A stretch of DNA of 64,000 bases from Massalongia carnosa (lineage: Eukaryota), in the NCBI GenBank assembly GCA_965645245.1, contig OZ287085.1:744001-808000 (forward strand). The letters run 5' to 3'. The notes under the pieces are model-generated. The model was not told where the DNA came from and did not search any database. It was given only the letters and a program-made list of their open reading frames with translations. The translations under genes were made by a program, and so were the position numbers. Shown here piece after piece: positions 1-12,870 of this stretch; position 1 is the stretch's first letter; every line of letters begins with the position of its first letter.

Positions 1-1582
1 TCGAGTATTTTCATGTAATTCGAAAAGAAAAACAACAAACATGGTTGACTTTCCTAGAAAATGCAGCAAATAAAGATGTATTTACCGCGTATAAATACAC
101 TAAACCGCGCCTATTCGAAAAAATACCGCCGATTCTACATGAAAACAAGCTAAATGTTCAGTTTGATGACAAACGCGATGCATTTGTGTCAGCAATGTAT
201 ACAAATAACCTTTTTATTGACGATAATGAGGAAGATTTATCAAATCAAGACAGCGAAAATGATGATAATTGGCCAGATTTGACCGAAAACGAGTTGAAAA
301 ATGCTATTAGTTTATTTAATCCGAAGAAAGCATGTGGACCTGATGCAATCAATTTTACAATTGTTCAAAAATCGTTTCAATCGTTGAAAACGTCTTTTTC
401 ATGATTTATTCGAAATTCATTTGAATCGGTTATCACCCGTTATGCTGGCGGACAGGACTCGGTGCAGTTCTGGAAAAACCTAATAAATCAGACTATTCGT
501 TTCCAAAATCATATCGAATTATCACATTACTAAATTGTCTTGGTAAAATTGCTAAGAAAATCGTTGCAAATCGACTAGCCTACTTCGGCGAAAATTCGAA
601 TTTACTCGATATCGAACAGATGGGCGGACGCAAAAATCATTCTGCAATTGACGCAGTAATGAACGTTGTTCATGATATTGAAATTGCAAATAGAAATAAA
701 AACGTCTTATCATGTTTATTACTCGATGTCAAAGGCGCATTTGACTTTGTCTCGATTAATCAACTGATAAATGTTATGAAAAAGCTTAAATTATCTCGCA
801 TAATAATTCAATGGGTCAAGCATTTCATGACAAAACGATCGATCAATTTGATATTTGATGAAAATTTAAGCAAAACATATATGTCGAATCAGGAATTCCA
901 CAAGGCTCACCAATCTCACCTATTCTATTTCTGATTTTCATTCGTCACTTGTTTCTGAAAATACGAATGTAATTCAATGCACATTCTCCCAGTTTTATTG
1001 ACGATGTTGCAATATATGTCGAAAATAAAACTGCAAAACAGAATTGCAAAGAAATCGAAATCATAGTCAAAACGGCTTTTGATTGGACCGCATCGTATAA
1101 TGTCAATTTGATGACGATAAATCCGAGCTGATTCACTTCGAAAAGACAAGAAATGTATCGAAAGAGACATTGGAATTACCAAACGTGACAATACTAGAAC
1201 CGAAAAATGTAGTCAAATGGTTGTGCGTCTGGTATGACCGAAAACTAAATTTCAAAAAACACGTCGAAACGCGGATCTCTTCTGCGAATCGATTGTTTTT
1301 TGCAATTCAGAATTTGATGAAATCCGAATGGGGTCTGAAAACGACCGCATGCAGACAGCTCTATATGTCATGCATTATTCCTATTTTGGACTACGGCTCA
1401 GAAATTTGGTATAATGGTCAAAAGAAATATGAAAACTATTTCAGAACCTACAAAATCAAATGATTCGAAAGATTTTTGGAACTTTCAATTCCACACCTGT
1501 TCAGGCGATGGAAATTGAATCACATCTTTTGCCAGTCAAACTTCGATTATTAATGAAAAATCAAAAATACGCAATTCGATTA
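1..1582 (+). mobile_element. LINE-A (Tad1/I-group non-LTR retrotransposon) ORF2 internal fragment, degenerate RT region
   Basis: ORF pieces 45-404, 620-934, 1170-1463 carry RT motifs (KACGPDAI, LLDVKGAFD, VKWLCVWYD). Frameshifted, and cut at ~1582 by the poly(T) of an antisense copy. Confidence 0.9.
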
Positions 1583-2778
1583 TTTTTTTTTTATTTATTC
1601 ATTAAGTGTATTAAACCTAAGGTTATGACACTAAACTATTTTAGGATATGTTTTTATATTACAAATTAATCAACCCTTTATAACCCATCTATGTATCGTC
1701 AATTTTTCCCCATTTTCACTCCGTGTTAGTAACAACCTATAGTAATCGAAAATTATCTATTTTACAATTTATCTTTGTAAGTTCGTAACTGTTTCAGCAT
1801 AAATCGTTTCTGATTTTACTGTTCGATCTCTCCCCAACCTCCAGTTTCGAAAATATCGTCATCAAGCTGACCAAGTATCCATTTTCTAGTCGCGATTTTG
1901 TTATTGACAATGAATTTAATCAAAATGTCATTTCCGATTTTTGTATTAAACAACATATTCAAGTTGATCGTAGTATCGATGGTTTGTTTCATTTTTTGAA
2001 TTTCATCGAAATAGTGAATGCAATTCAATAACAAGTGTTCTGGCGTTTGTCGTTGATTGCATCGATTTGAGCATTTTGACGAATTATAATCTTTCAATCG
2101 CTGTAAATATGATCGAAAATAGCCGTGTCCGAATTTTAATTGCATAATAGTAGCAAATATCAATTTGGAACAGTTGTTTGATAAATAATAAAATCTCGAT
2201 ATGCCAGGTTTCATTTCGAATTTCTCGTAGTATTTGCCTTTTGATTTGCAATGTTGCCATTGATTCGTCCATGTGGTTAGCATATTTTGATTTATTTGAT
2301 CGTTTACATAATCAAATGTTATAGCCGAGGACTCGACTAGGATTTGATTATGGCCCGTCTTTGCTATTTTGTCTGCAATTTCGTTTTCGGTAATATTCGA
2401 ATGACTCGGAACCCATTGCAAAATCACCTGAAAATTGCTTTCAAATAAGCGTTTTGCGAGCTTTCGAATTTGTCTTGCGAAAATATGATTTTTCAAGTTC
2501 TGAATTTCGTTTATCGCGTTGATTGATTTTTCTTACGCCGATATGACACCAGCTGAAGCTGGCCCATGCGGGAGATACTACATAGGCTATATAAAGGCAG
2601 AAAACCCGAACGGGTAAAAAACTGCTCCTGCGTACCAGGTTTGTAGAGGACTCGCTCTTTCCCCGGGTTGATCTCTACGGTTTGGGAAACCCGCTATACC
2701 CGTTATGCGCCTGAGTAAGTGCAAGAATAAAAGAGAAGAAAAGAAAATAAGTAGAAGAAAAAACCAATTCTCCTCTCA

Positions 2779-5700
2779 TTATTGCTCCGTCATTTGCGCG
2801 GCAATGGTGTACTGTGTTAGTATGCCCGTACGCATAAGCCATGCAGTGATTATTTTGATCGCTTTGGGGTCTGTTATCAGTTTTTGATAATCCAGCGAGC
2901 CAGCTGCACGCAACATATCGATTCTATTATGCAATCCGCAGAACATTATCACATGTTTCGCCGTTTGAAAGCGGCTTCCGCACAGGCAGGCCGCGGACTC
3001 AATGTCTGGCACCTTGCGTTTGAATAGAAAACTCGCTAACCCGATTTTCTCTGTTCTAATTTGAATTGCGAGGGAGCTTTGCGCCTTATTCAGCAGCTTG
3101 TGCGTGTTCAACCTGTTTTTGTGCAATGGACCCGACTGTGCTATTGTTGGATCAAGCGTATGTATTGATTGATACGCTATCCATTTGTCCTTCCATTTTT
3201 CTTTAAATCGTTTCGCTATGATTCCGTCTCTTTCTCTTTGAAGTGCGGCATATTCTGCTCGTTTTTCCTCTTGTGCATTCTCCGCTTTTTCCCATGGTGG
3301 TGTGCGTTTGGGCTTTCTCTTTGTTGATACTTCAGCTGTCAGCTTGGCCACCCATCTCTGTCTACGAGCTCCCGGTGTTTCTCCAATAATCCGTTGTCGC
3401 CCTCTTTTCCCTTTCAATCTCGTTCTGATTTTCTCGCATGCCTGTTCTATGACTTTTGCCTGACCGTTGTGTTGTAGCCTCGATCTACCTTTGGCCTGCA
3501 GATGATCCAAATGTTGCGTCAATGGACAGATGAATGTTTCCGCCTGTAACACCTCGATGGGTGTGGCCCTGTACGCTCCGGCTACTACTCGTAAACATTT
3601 GTTTTGTACGATCTCGAGTTTGCTTTTCCTCGTGACTTTGACGTGCTTTTGTGTTTCCTCCGGCGTGTGCCATACCAGAGAACCATGGGTCATTGCCGGG
3701 CGTACCACCGCCGTGTACACGTGACGGGCTTGTAGGAGGGTCGCACCCCAAGTGGCTGCGGCGATTCTAGTCAGCGCTCTCGTTTGTCTCGTCATTTTCT
3801 TCTGTATCTCTTTGTAGTGCGCCGACCAATTGAGCCTCGTGTCTATGTACACCCCCAGCACTCGTACAGATTTCGTGACGTTGAGTAGTTTGCCGTTTAC
3901 TGTGAAGGAAGCTTCGAGATTGAATTTCTTGGGATTTTTTGCTAGATGTATGAGCTCGTATTTATGCGGCGCGAACACGGAGCCGTGGCGTTTCGCCCAT
4001 CGTTCGCAATTCTCGTGTATTTCTTTCAATGTTTTGCAATTTTCTTCCGTGGATTTGCCATATGTCAGGATGTTCACGTCGTCTACGAATCCTATGCCTG
4101 CCGCGTTTGTGCTGGGTCTATTGCAAATGTCTAAGAGGTCCGCATTGTAAAAGAGATATAGAATGGGAGATAGAGGAGATCCCTGAGGGATTCCTATGCT
4201 CAGCGGAAATGCGTTAGTGGTGCGTTGATTAATCGTGAGCGTGGTTTCTCTTTCTTTCAAGAAACTATCCGTCCATTTGGCTATCCACTCTGGGATCTTT
4301 CGTTTTCTCATGTTGTGAATGAGCCTACGATGAGAGACGGTGTCAAAGGCTCCCGATACGTCTATGCTCAATAGAGATGCCACTTTATCGTTACCCTGAT
4401 TCCATACGGTGTGCACTTGTTCAGTGAGCAGCTCCAGTGCTGTTTCCGTTCCGCGGCCCGGCCTTGCACCCATTTGAGTATCCGGGATCAGTTGAAATTC
4501 TTCCGTCAGATGGCTAATTTTCCTTGCTATAATGGATTCCAATGCTTTGCCCAACGTGTTCAACAACGCTATGGGTCTCCATGCCTTGGGATCCGTATAG
4601 TTTCCTTTTCCTGGCTTCTTTAGCGTGATAGTGTTGGCGATTTTAAAGACTTTCGGATGATATCCTTCATTCACACATGCTTGAAAAAGTGGTGTCAGCA
4701 ATTTGATTAGGTTTTCTGAACAGGCTTTGAGAATTCTATTTGTGATTCCATCCGGTCCTGGGGCTTTGTCTGGCTTTGGCTTTCGCAGCGCCGCCGCCAC
4801 TTCTTCTTCCGTTATCAGTGCTGGACATTCTGGTGTTGGAGGGTACGAATATCCTACGAGATCCCCGAGATCCGCGTTAGGAGGAGGGGGAAAGAAGGAC
4901 TTCTTCAGCATATTTACTCTCTTCTCGAACGTGTCTGCTATCGTATTGGGATTTTGTGCTGTTGCTAACGGGGGCATTTTTGGAATTTCTCTTGGTGCGT
5001 CGCTTCTGTCTTTGCCCCATTTTGCGAGTCGGAAGAGTCCTGTTCTTGATGCTGCAACTTCGGCCATTTGTTCTCTGAAATGAAGATTTCTTGCCTTACC
5101 GATGATTTTCTGTTTTTTGTCGTTCATTCTGATGTAGTTTTTCCAGTCTGACAGATTTCTTTCCGCCGTCCAGATCCTACGAAGCCTGCGGGTCTCCTTC
5201 GTTGCCTCCTCGCACTCTCTATTCCAGAAGGACTTCGCCTGGGGACTAGGTTTAGCCCATGGTACCGCCTCTTGAACGATTCTTTTGAGGTAGTCTTGAA
5301 TATCTGCAGTGTATGCATCAATTTCGTTGGCGCCTCGTACGACGCGTGGTGTGGGGGCATTTCTCTCAACTTCTCTCAGTTTATTCATGTCCAGGGGTTT
5401 CCAGGCTCTTCGGCGGGGAGGCGTAAGGGGTTCACAGGTGAGGCGGAGCCTCGTCGATATTGGTACGTGATCTGAGTCTTGATTCAGCTCCGGGACTGTG
5501 ATACAGTGTTCCAATCTTTCTACGAGATCTTCCGTCATGAACACCAGATCGATGGTGCTGAATGAGTTTCTTGCCTCCCATGTCACTGTTCCTCTTGGCA
5601 GGGTGAGCGAAAGATTTTTACTTTCAATGATGTCTAGTAGCTGTTCGGACGCCTCGTGTTGACCTCGCACTCTCGCACCTCCCCAATGTGGATGATGAAG

Positions 5701-6153
5701 GTTGAAATCCCCTAGCAAGATGTGTTCTCCTGGCCCGTTCAGTTGACGCAGGGCGGCCGGTAGGGTAGACGGACTATCCGTCACTGAGATAGATAACGGG
5801 GATGGATTGTAGATGTTGTGTATATGAATTTTTCTTAACACGCTTCCTATTCTGATTTCTATATTCAATGTGCATAGATCTTCTGTTGGATATTCCACGT
5901 CCCAACTTTCTGGATCTATCTTCTCGTTGATATAGAAGCAGACGCGTGTGTCTCCTCCGGATTTGTAAAGTAAGTGAAACCCGCTCTGATAGGGGTTGAG
6001 TAGTAGGGCCGTTGTAGGGTTTTTCCATGGTTCTTGAATAGCAATGATATCGAAATTCTTTGTTTTCTCGTCTGCAAGCAATGGTATCAGTGTGCCTTTC
6101 GCACTTTTCCTGACGTTGTACTGCAGAATTGTGAGAGTGTTCGTGTCTCTCAT
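2779..6153 (-). CDS. LINE-B ORF2: APE endonuclease, reverse transcriptase, C-terminal Cys/His finger (1124 aa)
   Basis: QYNVRK, IQEPW, GDFNLHH, SDH (APE); KAPGPDG, IDVSGAFD, QGSPLSP, FVDD, VLGV (RT); CLCGSRFQTAKHVIMFC. No DEDD RNase H motifs seen. Confidence 0.96.
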   Translation of the reverse strand: MRDTNTLTILQYNVRKSAKGTLIPLLADEKTKNFDIIAIQEPWKNPTTALLLNPYQSGFHLLYKSGGDTRVCFYINEKIDPESWDVEYPTEDLCTLNIEIRIGSVLRKIHIHNIYNPSPLSISVTDSPSTLPAALRQLNGPGEHILLGDFNLHHPHWGGARVRGQHEASEQLLDIIESKNLSLTLPRGTVTWEARNSFSTIDLVFMTEDLVERLEHCITVPELNQDSDHVPISTRLRLTCEPLTPPRRRAWKPLDMNKLREVERNAPTPRVVRGANEIDAYTADIQDYLKRIVQEAVPWAKPSPQAKSFWNRECEEATKETRRLRRIWTAERNLSDWKNYIRMNDKKQKIIGKARNLHFREQMAEVAASRTGLFRLAKWGKDRSDAPREIPKMPPLATAQNPNTIADTFEKRVNMLKKSFFPPPPNADLGDLVGYSYPPTPECPALITEEEVAAALRKPKPDKAPGPDGITNRILKACSENLIKLLTPLFQACVNEGYHPKVFKIANTITLKKPGKGNYTDPKAWRPIALLNTLGKALESIIARKISHLTEEFQLIPDTQMGARPGRGTETALELLTEQVHTVWNQGNDKVASLLSIDVSGAFDTVSHRRLIHNMRKRKIPEWIAKWTDSFLKERETTLTINQRTTNAFPLSIGIPQGSPLSPILYLFYNADLLDICNRPSTNAAGIGFVDDVNILTYGKSTEENCKTLKEIHENCERWAKRHGSVFAPHKYELIHLAKNPKKFNLEASFTVNGKLLNVTKSVRVLGVYIDTRLNWSAHYKEIQKKMTRQTRALTRIAAATWGATLLQARHVYTAVVRPAMTHGSLVWHTPEETQKHVKVTRKSKLEIVQNKCLRVVAGAYRATPIEVLQAETFICPLTQHLDHLQAKGRSRLQHNGQAKVIEQACEKIRTRLKGKRGRQRIIGETPGARRQRWVAKLTAEVSTKRKPKRTPPWEKAENAQEEKRAEYAALQRERDGIIAKRFKEKWKDKWIAYQSIHTLDPTIAQSGPLHKNRLNTHKLLNKAQSSLAIQIRTEKIGLASFLFKRKVPDIESAACLCGSRFQTAKHVIMFCGLHNRIDMLRAAGSLDYQKLITDPKAIKIITAWLMRTGILTQYTIAAQMTEQ

Positions 6154-7760
6154 AATTGATCGTCATTGTTGAGAAGTTCTTCGTTAGTGCTTGGCGTCCT
6201 GATGCGTGGACGACCTCTCACCGGCTTGGCGAAGGCCATTTCTCGAATCTCCGGATTCATCATTCTTGTCGTTCTCCATTCTTCTCTTCCTCGTAGGGGC
6301 TTCTCTCTATCCTCTCTCCTGGGCGATAATGATCGCGATCGTGCCACCAGCGGTCTTCCTGCGAGGTTCGTGCTTGGCTTTCTTTTTCTTATTGTTTCCA
6401 TAGCCTCTGTCATTTCTTCATCGTTTGTCTCCTGTACCTCTTCCTCCTCTACTATGGTGCTCCCTGTCCCGTCGGTCTGGCTTCGTTGGGTGTCTTTGTT
6501 GTTGTCGGTTGTGATGATCACTTCGACGTTCTGCAGCGGTGCGTTGGGAGATGGTGTGCTTTTCGATCCTAATCCTCTTTCCTTTCTCTTTTCCTCTTCT
6601 CTCCCGCTCGGAGGTGTTGCGTAAAGTCTTCTAGCGGAGTCCCTTGCGATTTCCGTTCGATGCTTTCTCTCCTTTCTTGTTCTGCATTCTGCCGCCCATG
6701 CTGGGTGGCCTTTTTCTCCACACGCTCCGCATCGTAGGAACCTCGGTGCCTTGTTGCCGGGGCACGATCGGCTTTCGTGTCTCCCCGCGCAGTATCCACA
6801 TGTGGTGGGATTTCTGCAGAACTTTGCTATATGGCCGTATTGTTGACAATTGAAGCATTGTGTGAGCTTGCATCCGGCTTCGAATAGCTCGCACGTCTTG
6901 ATTTCTCCTCTGTCTGCTAGACCTACGAGGATGAGCCGATTGGCCATCTCCGCAGTTTCTACCTCGATGTGCATAGACGCGTATCTCTTGTTCTGCTTAA
7001 TGGCTCTAGTGCTCCATGCCACTCTATTAATTTTTAGGTCTTCGTGCAGATCCTTGTTTTCTCTTATCAGATATTCTATGGCCTTCATTTGTTTTGGTCC
7101 TCGTACATCGTTCATCCGCATGCCGTGTGCTATTACCGCGTATCCCTCTTTACGAATCGTCGCCGATGCCGCCACATTCTTTATCCATGCTGGTTGTGAT
7201 TGGAGGCTCTGCTTAGCCTGCGCTGTTTTGGTGTGGATTTTCAGATCCCCGCTGGGGAGCTTCCTGATACCCGCTATCTCGCTGTTGGGGATTTTTATAG
7301 CTTCTATGATTTCTTTTGTCGTCTTTCTTCCCAAGGCCTCTTGCTCTTTGGGATCTTCTATTCTGACTATGAGTTCTTTCATCTTTCTCTTTTCTCTAAG
7401 CATGTTTTCATCGATTTGGGTCTGCGTCTTTCCGATATCCCCAGTCGTTCCCCTACGGCCCCCAGACGCGACGGCGGCGTAGCTGAGCGCTTTTCCATTG
7501 TTTTCTCCCTGCTTCTCAATCTTCTGTAATCTTTGTTGTATGTCGTGCAGTGTGCTTTGAAGACTTTCTTGATTCGACGCGTCAGGCGCGTCGCGTTTTG
7601 CCTCGTTTTGTTCTATGAACTCCACCAATGCGAGTATCCAGCGACTCACTACTGCGCCTGGTACGGTCTCCCCCATACCTTTTAGTACCTCCCTCGCTTT
7701 ACATGTTAAGTGGTAGGCTTCACTCATTTCACGCGTCAAGGCGTATTCGTTCGTGATCAT
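6150..7760 (-). CDS. LINE-B ORF1 gag-like nucleic-acid-binding protein (536 aa)
   Basis: Three zinc knuckles CFNCQQYGHIAKFC, CGYCAGRHESRSC, CGACGEKGHPAWAAEC; coiled-coil-like stretch followed by SYAAVA; its stop overlaps the ORF2 start as ATGA. Confidence 0.94.
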   Translation of the reverse strand: MITNEYALTREMSEAYHLTCKAREVLKGMGETVPGAVVSRWILALVEFIEQNEAKRDAPDASNQESLQSTLHDIQQRLQKIEKQGENNGKALSYAAVASGGRRGTTGDIGKTQTQIDENMLREKRKMKELIVRIEDPKEQEALGRKTTKEIIEAIKIPNSEIAGIRKLPSGDLKIHTKTAQAKQSLQSQPAWIKNVAASATIRKEGYAVIAHGMRMNDVRGPKQMKAIEYLIRENKDLHEDLKINRVAWSTRAIKQNKRYASMHIEVETAEMANRLILVGLADRGEIKTCELFEAGCKLTQCFNCQQYGHIAKFCRNPTTCGYCAGRHESRSCPGNKAPRFLRCGACGEKGHPAWAAECRTRKERKHRTEIARDSARRLYATPPSGREEEKRKERGLGSKSTPSPNAPLQNVEVIITTDNNKDTQRSQTDGTGSTIVEEEEVQETNDEEMTEAMETIRKRKPSTNLAGRPLVARSRSLSPRREDREKPLRGREEWRTTRMMNPEIREMAFAKPVRGRPRIRTPSTNEELLNNDDQL

Positions 7761-10700
7761 TCTTTAGAATCACCAGCGTCGGCCTTCGTACGAGTCTCTT
7801 CAATACAGCAGTGAATGCGACGAGCGAAATCACTTCAGATGCTATGCGATATTGTGTGAAAATAATGATTTAATGATTTGTTAATGGTGCCAGATGCTTC
7901 ATTTAATATCCAGTCATTTTAAAACATTCTCTTTCAAGTAAGAAATGTTCATGCGGTCGCAAAATTCAACGGCGCCTTCGTTTATCGCGTTTATACTATC
8001 AGAAAAAATCCAAATCGTTTTTTCCAAGTTCGATAAAATATTAGTATTAGACAATTTATAGACCCATTTCATTGCTTGTAAAATCGCATGCAGTTCAGCA
8101 TTTTTAATGCTTGACTGTTTGCTTAATTTCCAGCTTTTCGAAATCGTATGATACTTGATCAGACAATCTTTTTCGATAAATCGATCAAAATTATTGATAA
8201 TACTACTCCAATTCCTCATAATTGGCGCAAATGTGACTGCAGACGTTGCAAATTCGATTTTTGATCCATCCGTATAAAGTAAAACTCGGGATTTATCGGA
8301 GTTCATTGATTGAAGTTTGGATAAGGTCGAATAATAACTTGATTTAGCAGATTCCTTTGTATTTTCGATTTGAAATTCGATTTTGCACGGCGATTTCCAA
8401 GGTTTAATAAAATGATTTGATTGTTCAAACTCATCAGTTTCGTGAACTATGTCGGAAACGGAATGAAGAACGCGAATGAGCTGACTAGGATGTCGTTTAT
8501 TTGTTTGTTTTTCGTCTTCGTTCCATTCGGCATATTTGTTGTTCCATAAACTAGTGTCAAAACCGATGTTTTCGAATTTTATCGAATATGTATTTGGAAT
8601 TCTTTGACAAATAGGGTTTTTTCGGCAATCTTCAATAATCGAATTGCGTATTTTTGATTTTTCATTAATAATCGAAGTTTAACTGGTAAAACATGTGATT
8701 CAATTTCCATAGCCTGAATAGGTGTGGTTTTGAAAGTTCCTAAAATCTTTCGAATCATTCGATTTTGTAGGTTCTGAAATAGTTTTTCATATTTCTTTTG
8801 ACCATTATACCAAATTTCTGAGCCATAGTCTGAAATAGGAATAATGCATGACAAATAGAGCTGTCTGCATGCGGTCGGTTTCAGACCCCATTCGGATTTC
8901 ATCAAATTCTGAATTGCAAAAAACGATCGATTCGCAGAAGAGATTCGCGTTTCGACGTGTTTTTTGAAATTCAGTTTCCGGTCTAACCAGACGCCCAACC
9001 ATTTGACTACATTTTTCGGTTCTAGTTCTGTCCCGTTTGGTAATTCCAATGTGTCTTTCGATACATTTCTTGTCTTTTCGAAGTGAATCAGCTCGGATTT
9101 ATCGTCATCAAATTTGACATTATTCGATGCGGCCCAATCAAAAGCTGTTTTGACTATGATTTCGATTTCTTTGCAATTTTGTTTTGCAGTTTTATTTTCG
9201 ACATATATTGCAACATCGTCAATAAAACTGGGAGAATGTGCATTAAATTTCATTCGTATTTTCGGAAACAAGTGACGAATGTAAATCAGAAATTGAATAG
9301 GCGAGATTGGTGAACCTTGTGGAATTCCTGATTCGACATAATATGTTTTGCTTTTGTTTTCATCGAATATCAAATTGATCGATCGTTTTGTCATGAAATG
9401 CTTGACCCATTGAATTATTATGCGAGATAATTTCAGCTTTTTCATGACATTTAGCAATTGATTAATCGAGACAAAGTCAAATGCGCCTTTGACATCGAGT
9501 AATAAACAGGATAAAACGCTTTTATTTCGATTCGCAATTTCGATATCATGAACGACGTTCATTACTGCGTCAATTGCAGAATGATTTTTGCGTCCGCCCA
9601 TCTGTTCGATATCTAGTAAATTCGAATTTTCGCCGAAGTAGGCTAGTCGATTTGCAACGATTTTCTCAGCAATTTTACCAAGACAATTTAGTAATGTGAT
9701 AATTCGATATGATTTTGGTAGCGAATAGTCTGATTTATTAGGTTTTTTCAGAACTGCACCGAGTCCTGTCCGCCAGCATAACGGGTGATAACCGATTCGA
9801 ATGAATTTCGAATAAATCATGAAAAACACGTTTTTCAACGATTGAAACGATTTTTGAACAATTGTAAAATTGATTGCATCAGGTCCACATGCTTTCTTCG
9901 GATTAAATAAATTAATCGCATTTTGCAACTCGTTTTCGGTCAAATCTGGCCAATTATCATCATTTTCGCTGTCTTGATTTGGTAAATCTTCGACATTATC
10001 GTCTATAAATGGGTTTTTTGTGTACATTGCTGACACAAACGCATCGCACTTGTCATCAAACTGAACATTAAGCTTATTTTCATGTAGAATCGGCGGTATT
10101 TTTTCGAATATGCGCGGTTTAGTATATTTATACGCGGTAAACACGTCTTTATTCGCTGCATTTTCTAGAAAAGTCAACCAGGTTTTTTGTTTTGCTTTTC
10201 GAATTGCATGAAAATACTCAATTCGACTATGTTTAAACGTCCGATGACTAAAATCGGACGGATAATTCTTCCATTCTCGACGATGCCTGCACATGATTTT
10301 TCGAAGTTCGGTTAAATCTTGCGACCACCAATTTTTCGATTTTGCACATATTTTTGTTTTCGGAATAAACATTTCAGCCGCGTTTTTGATAATTTTTTGC
10401 AAATGTATCGCTGATTCGTCGAATTGATGATTATTCAATAAACTTTGAACTTTTGATTCGTAGTTGATTGAATTTTAGTCTAGAAACTTCGAGAATTTAT
10501 TCCAATCGTCTTTATTACAATTGTATTTATTCGATAATGCGGTTGCATGTGACGTCAAATTCTTGAAAGATGCGATTAGTTCAAATCGGATGACTTCATG
10601 ATCTGAACCTGTGACTGCGTTTTCATCAATTGCCCAGTTTGTAATTGCATTTTCGATTTTAGAATTTGCAAATGTTAAATCAATAACAGATGATGAACTT

Positions 10701-12870
10701 CCAGAATGGGCGTAGAATGTGCACAAATCAGGTGTGTTTATCAAACTACATTTGTTTATTTTCAACCATTTGACTAAATTTTCTGATCGAATTGCATGTT
10801 GAATTTTCGAATTCCACCAGTTATGATGTGCATTGAAATCTCCACATATGATGTATTGATTAGTTGATGTAGGTTGATATTTGATTAAAAGTCGATCGAT
10901 CGTGTATGTTTCTCGATCATTTTGACTTTTTTCGTTATAAATATTGAAAATCTGCACTTCTCGAACTTCATAAATTGTAATTTCAATAATTTGCATATCG
11001 GAATCGTCAATAAGATCCGTTCTAGGCGTGCATTGCAGTTTGGGATTGCATTTTGTGACAAATATAGCTACTCTCGAGAGCTAAGTTGCTATTTTCGGCA
11101 TAATGCATGTAAATGACGGATGTGATATTGTTTTTTGATCTCGTGTCCATGGTTCCTGAAACAAAACAATATCAATTTGATTTGATAAAGCATATTCCAA
11201 ACACGAAATCATTGCATTCGTTAACCTTCCATAGTTGTTTTGAATAAATTTGACATTGTGAGTATTTTCTATATTTGCCAACGAATGCTGTCCTGCCATT
11301 ATAAGGCGGTTAATTCGTCAGCCGATTTTCGTGGATTTAATGCAGTAAACATTTCACAATGTTCATCATTTGATTGATGATTTTTATTTCAGTTTGCACA
11401 TTTCACAACAACGTGTGCAGACGCAGTTTTCGATTTGCATGTTATGCCTTCATGATTACGTGTTTCATGATTTTGTGCTCAAATATTGCATTTTGATTTG
11501 TTTCGACACTGATAATGCTTGTATCCGAATTTTTGACAATTAATACATTGTGTATTCGGACGAACGGAAGTAAATATTTCCGTGTCACAGTGTTTTCCCG
11601 CGATATTTACGCCTTTTAACGCGTTTAAGGCCTGATTTCGATCGTTAAAAGTCAAAACGACCGAAGAATTGACTTTATTTTCGCGATCTCGCGCTAGCCA
11701 TCTGGGTAAATCGCACAATTCCATGTTAAGGTTGAATTTCTGGATTTCATTTTGCAAAAATTGCATATTTTGATCAAACGTTGCAATATTTACTCCATGT
11801 GCGATCACTTTAAACCAGTATTCGTCTTTTCGAATTCTTTGTGCATCGAACAAATGTTCCCATATAGATTTGTTTTCCAACAATTCTGCAGCAGTGTTTT
11901 TCGAACTAGTAGTGAGAACGATATTCTGACCGGTTTTCGATTTTTCAACCGTGTTGATTACGATATCTAACTTCGCGTTGCTGAATTGCGCGTTGATTTG
12001 ATCTCGAAGTTTCAATGAGTCGATGTCGCCGATTTGAATTTTTGGTGTAATTATCAGTCGTCTGAGTTTGATTGCATTTAATTCGTCGGTTTTGTCGAGT
12101 GTGTTCGAGGTTTGAATCGAATTTTTCGATCTGGAAACATTGGTTCAATTTTCGGACTTCGCAGTTGCTTTTCCAAGCATTTGACTCCAGGATGGACGCG
12201 TGTTATTGACCTTTGTACTCGTAACCCCGGCGGTTTCCTTTCGTGCGATCGTGTTGACGACTTTATTTGGATTTTCAGTCATATTGACTTGTTGAACCCG
12301 AGTCGATTTTCGCGTTGTTTCTGAGGTTCGATTACTAGTCTGATCAATTACCTTGTCCAATTTCCAATTCATCATGTCTAGTGTTGTTTTGATATTAATT
12401 GATTTTTTTGTCAATAAGGAATTGAAATTATCAATGACTATTGCTGTTTCTGGATTTTGATCTAAGACAAATGACTTCAATAACGCGGTTTTAGCCGTTT
12501 TGAGTAATCCAATCGATTGTGCTCGATTGATTGCTTCTTGGCTTTCCTCTACTCGTTCGTCGAATGTTTTTCGTTTGTTACGTTTGATGGGGGGGCTTAA
12601 TTCTATATTAGAATTTAACGATGGCATGGGTAGATTGGTAGTAAATTGTCCAGATGGGAATTTGGTAGCTTTTGGGGTCGGCGTAGTCGGGGCGGACGAA
12701 TATTCATGTGATTGATCCATAGGCTCGTCAAGTACAGGCGAATTTTCTATAAGTCCTACTGACGAGAGCCCCGGAGATTCCATTTGGAGAGGGTTTTGAG
12801 GAGTGCTCAGGGGTGTTCCCGGGGAGGCTCTCGATATAATTCGTCTTGTCCTAGGGAGTACCGGATTGTC

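Larger units (their letters stand above)
2521..7976 (-). mobile_element. Intact LINE-B (Tad1-like non-LTR retrotransposon, no RNase H)
   Basis: Flanked by 15-bp TSD ttcgtttatcgcgtt (2506-2520 and 7977-7991). Two uninterrupted ORFs; 3' end ...GAAAAATCAATC; GC-richer than LINE-A. Confidence 0.96.
1583..12870 (-). mobile_element. Near full-length LINE-A (ORF1 variant alpha), interrupted by LINE-B at 2521-7976
   Basis: 3' tail at 1583; RNaseH/CCHC ORFs 1816-2496 and 7914-8306; RT 8579-10438 (QGSPISP, FIDD); APE 10475-11299 (FQEPW, GDFNAHH, SDH); ORF1 pieces 11300-12783. Truncated a few nt short of the ORF1 ATG. Confidence 0.92.

Noticed and set aside
6166..7529. Antisense ORFs over LINE-B ORF1 and similar shadow ORFs elsewhere
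   Set aside because: Opposite-strand shadows of retroelement coding sequence with no motifs.
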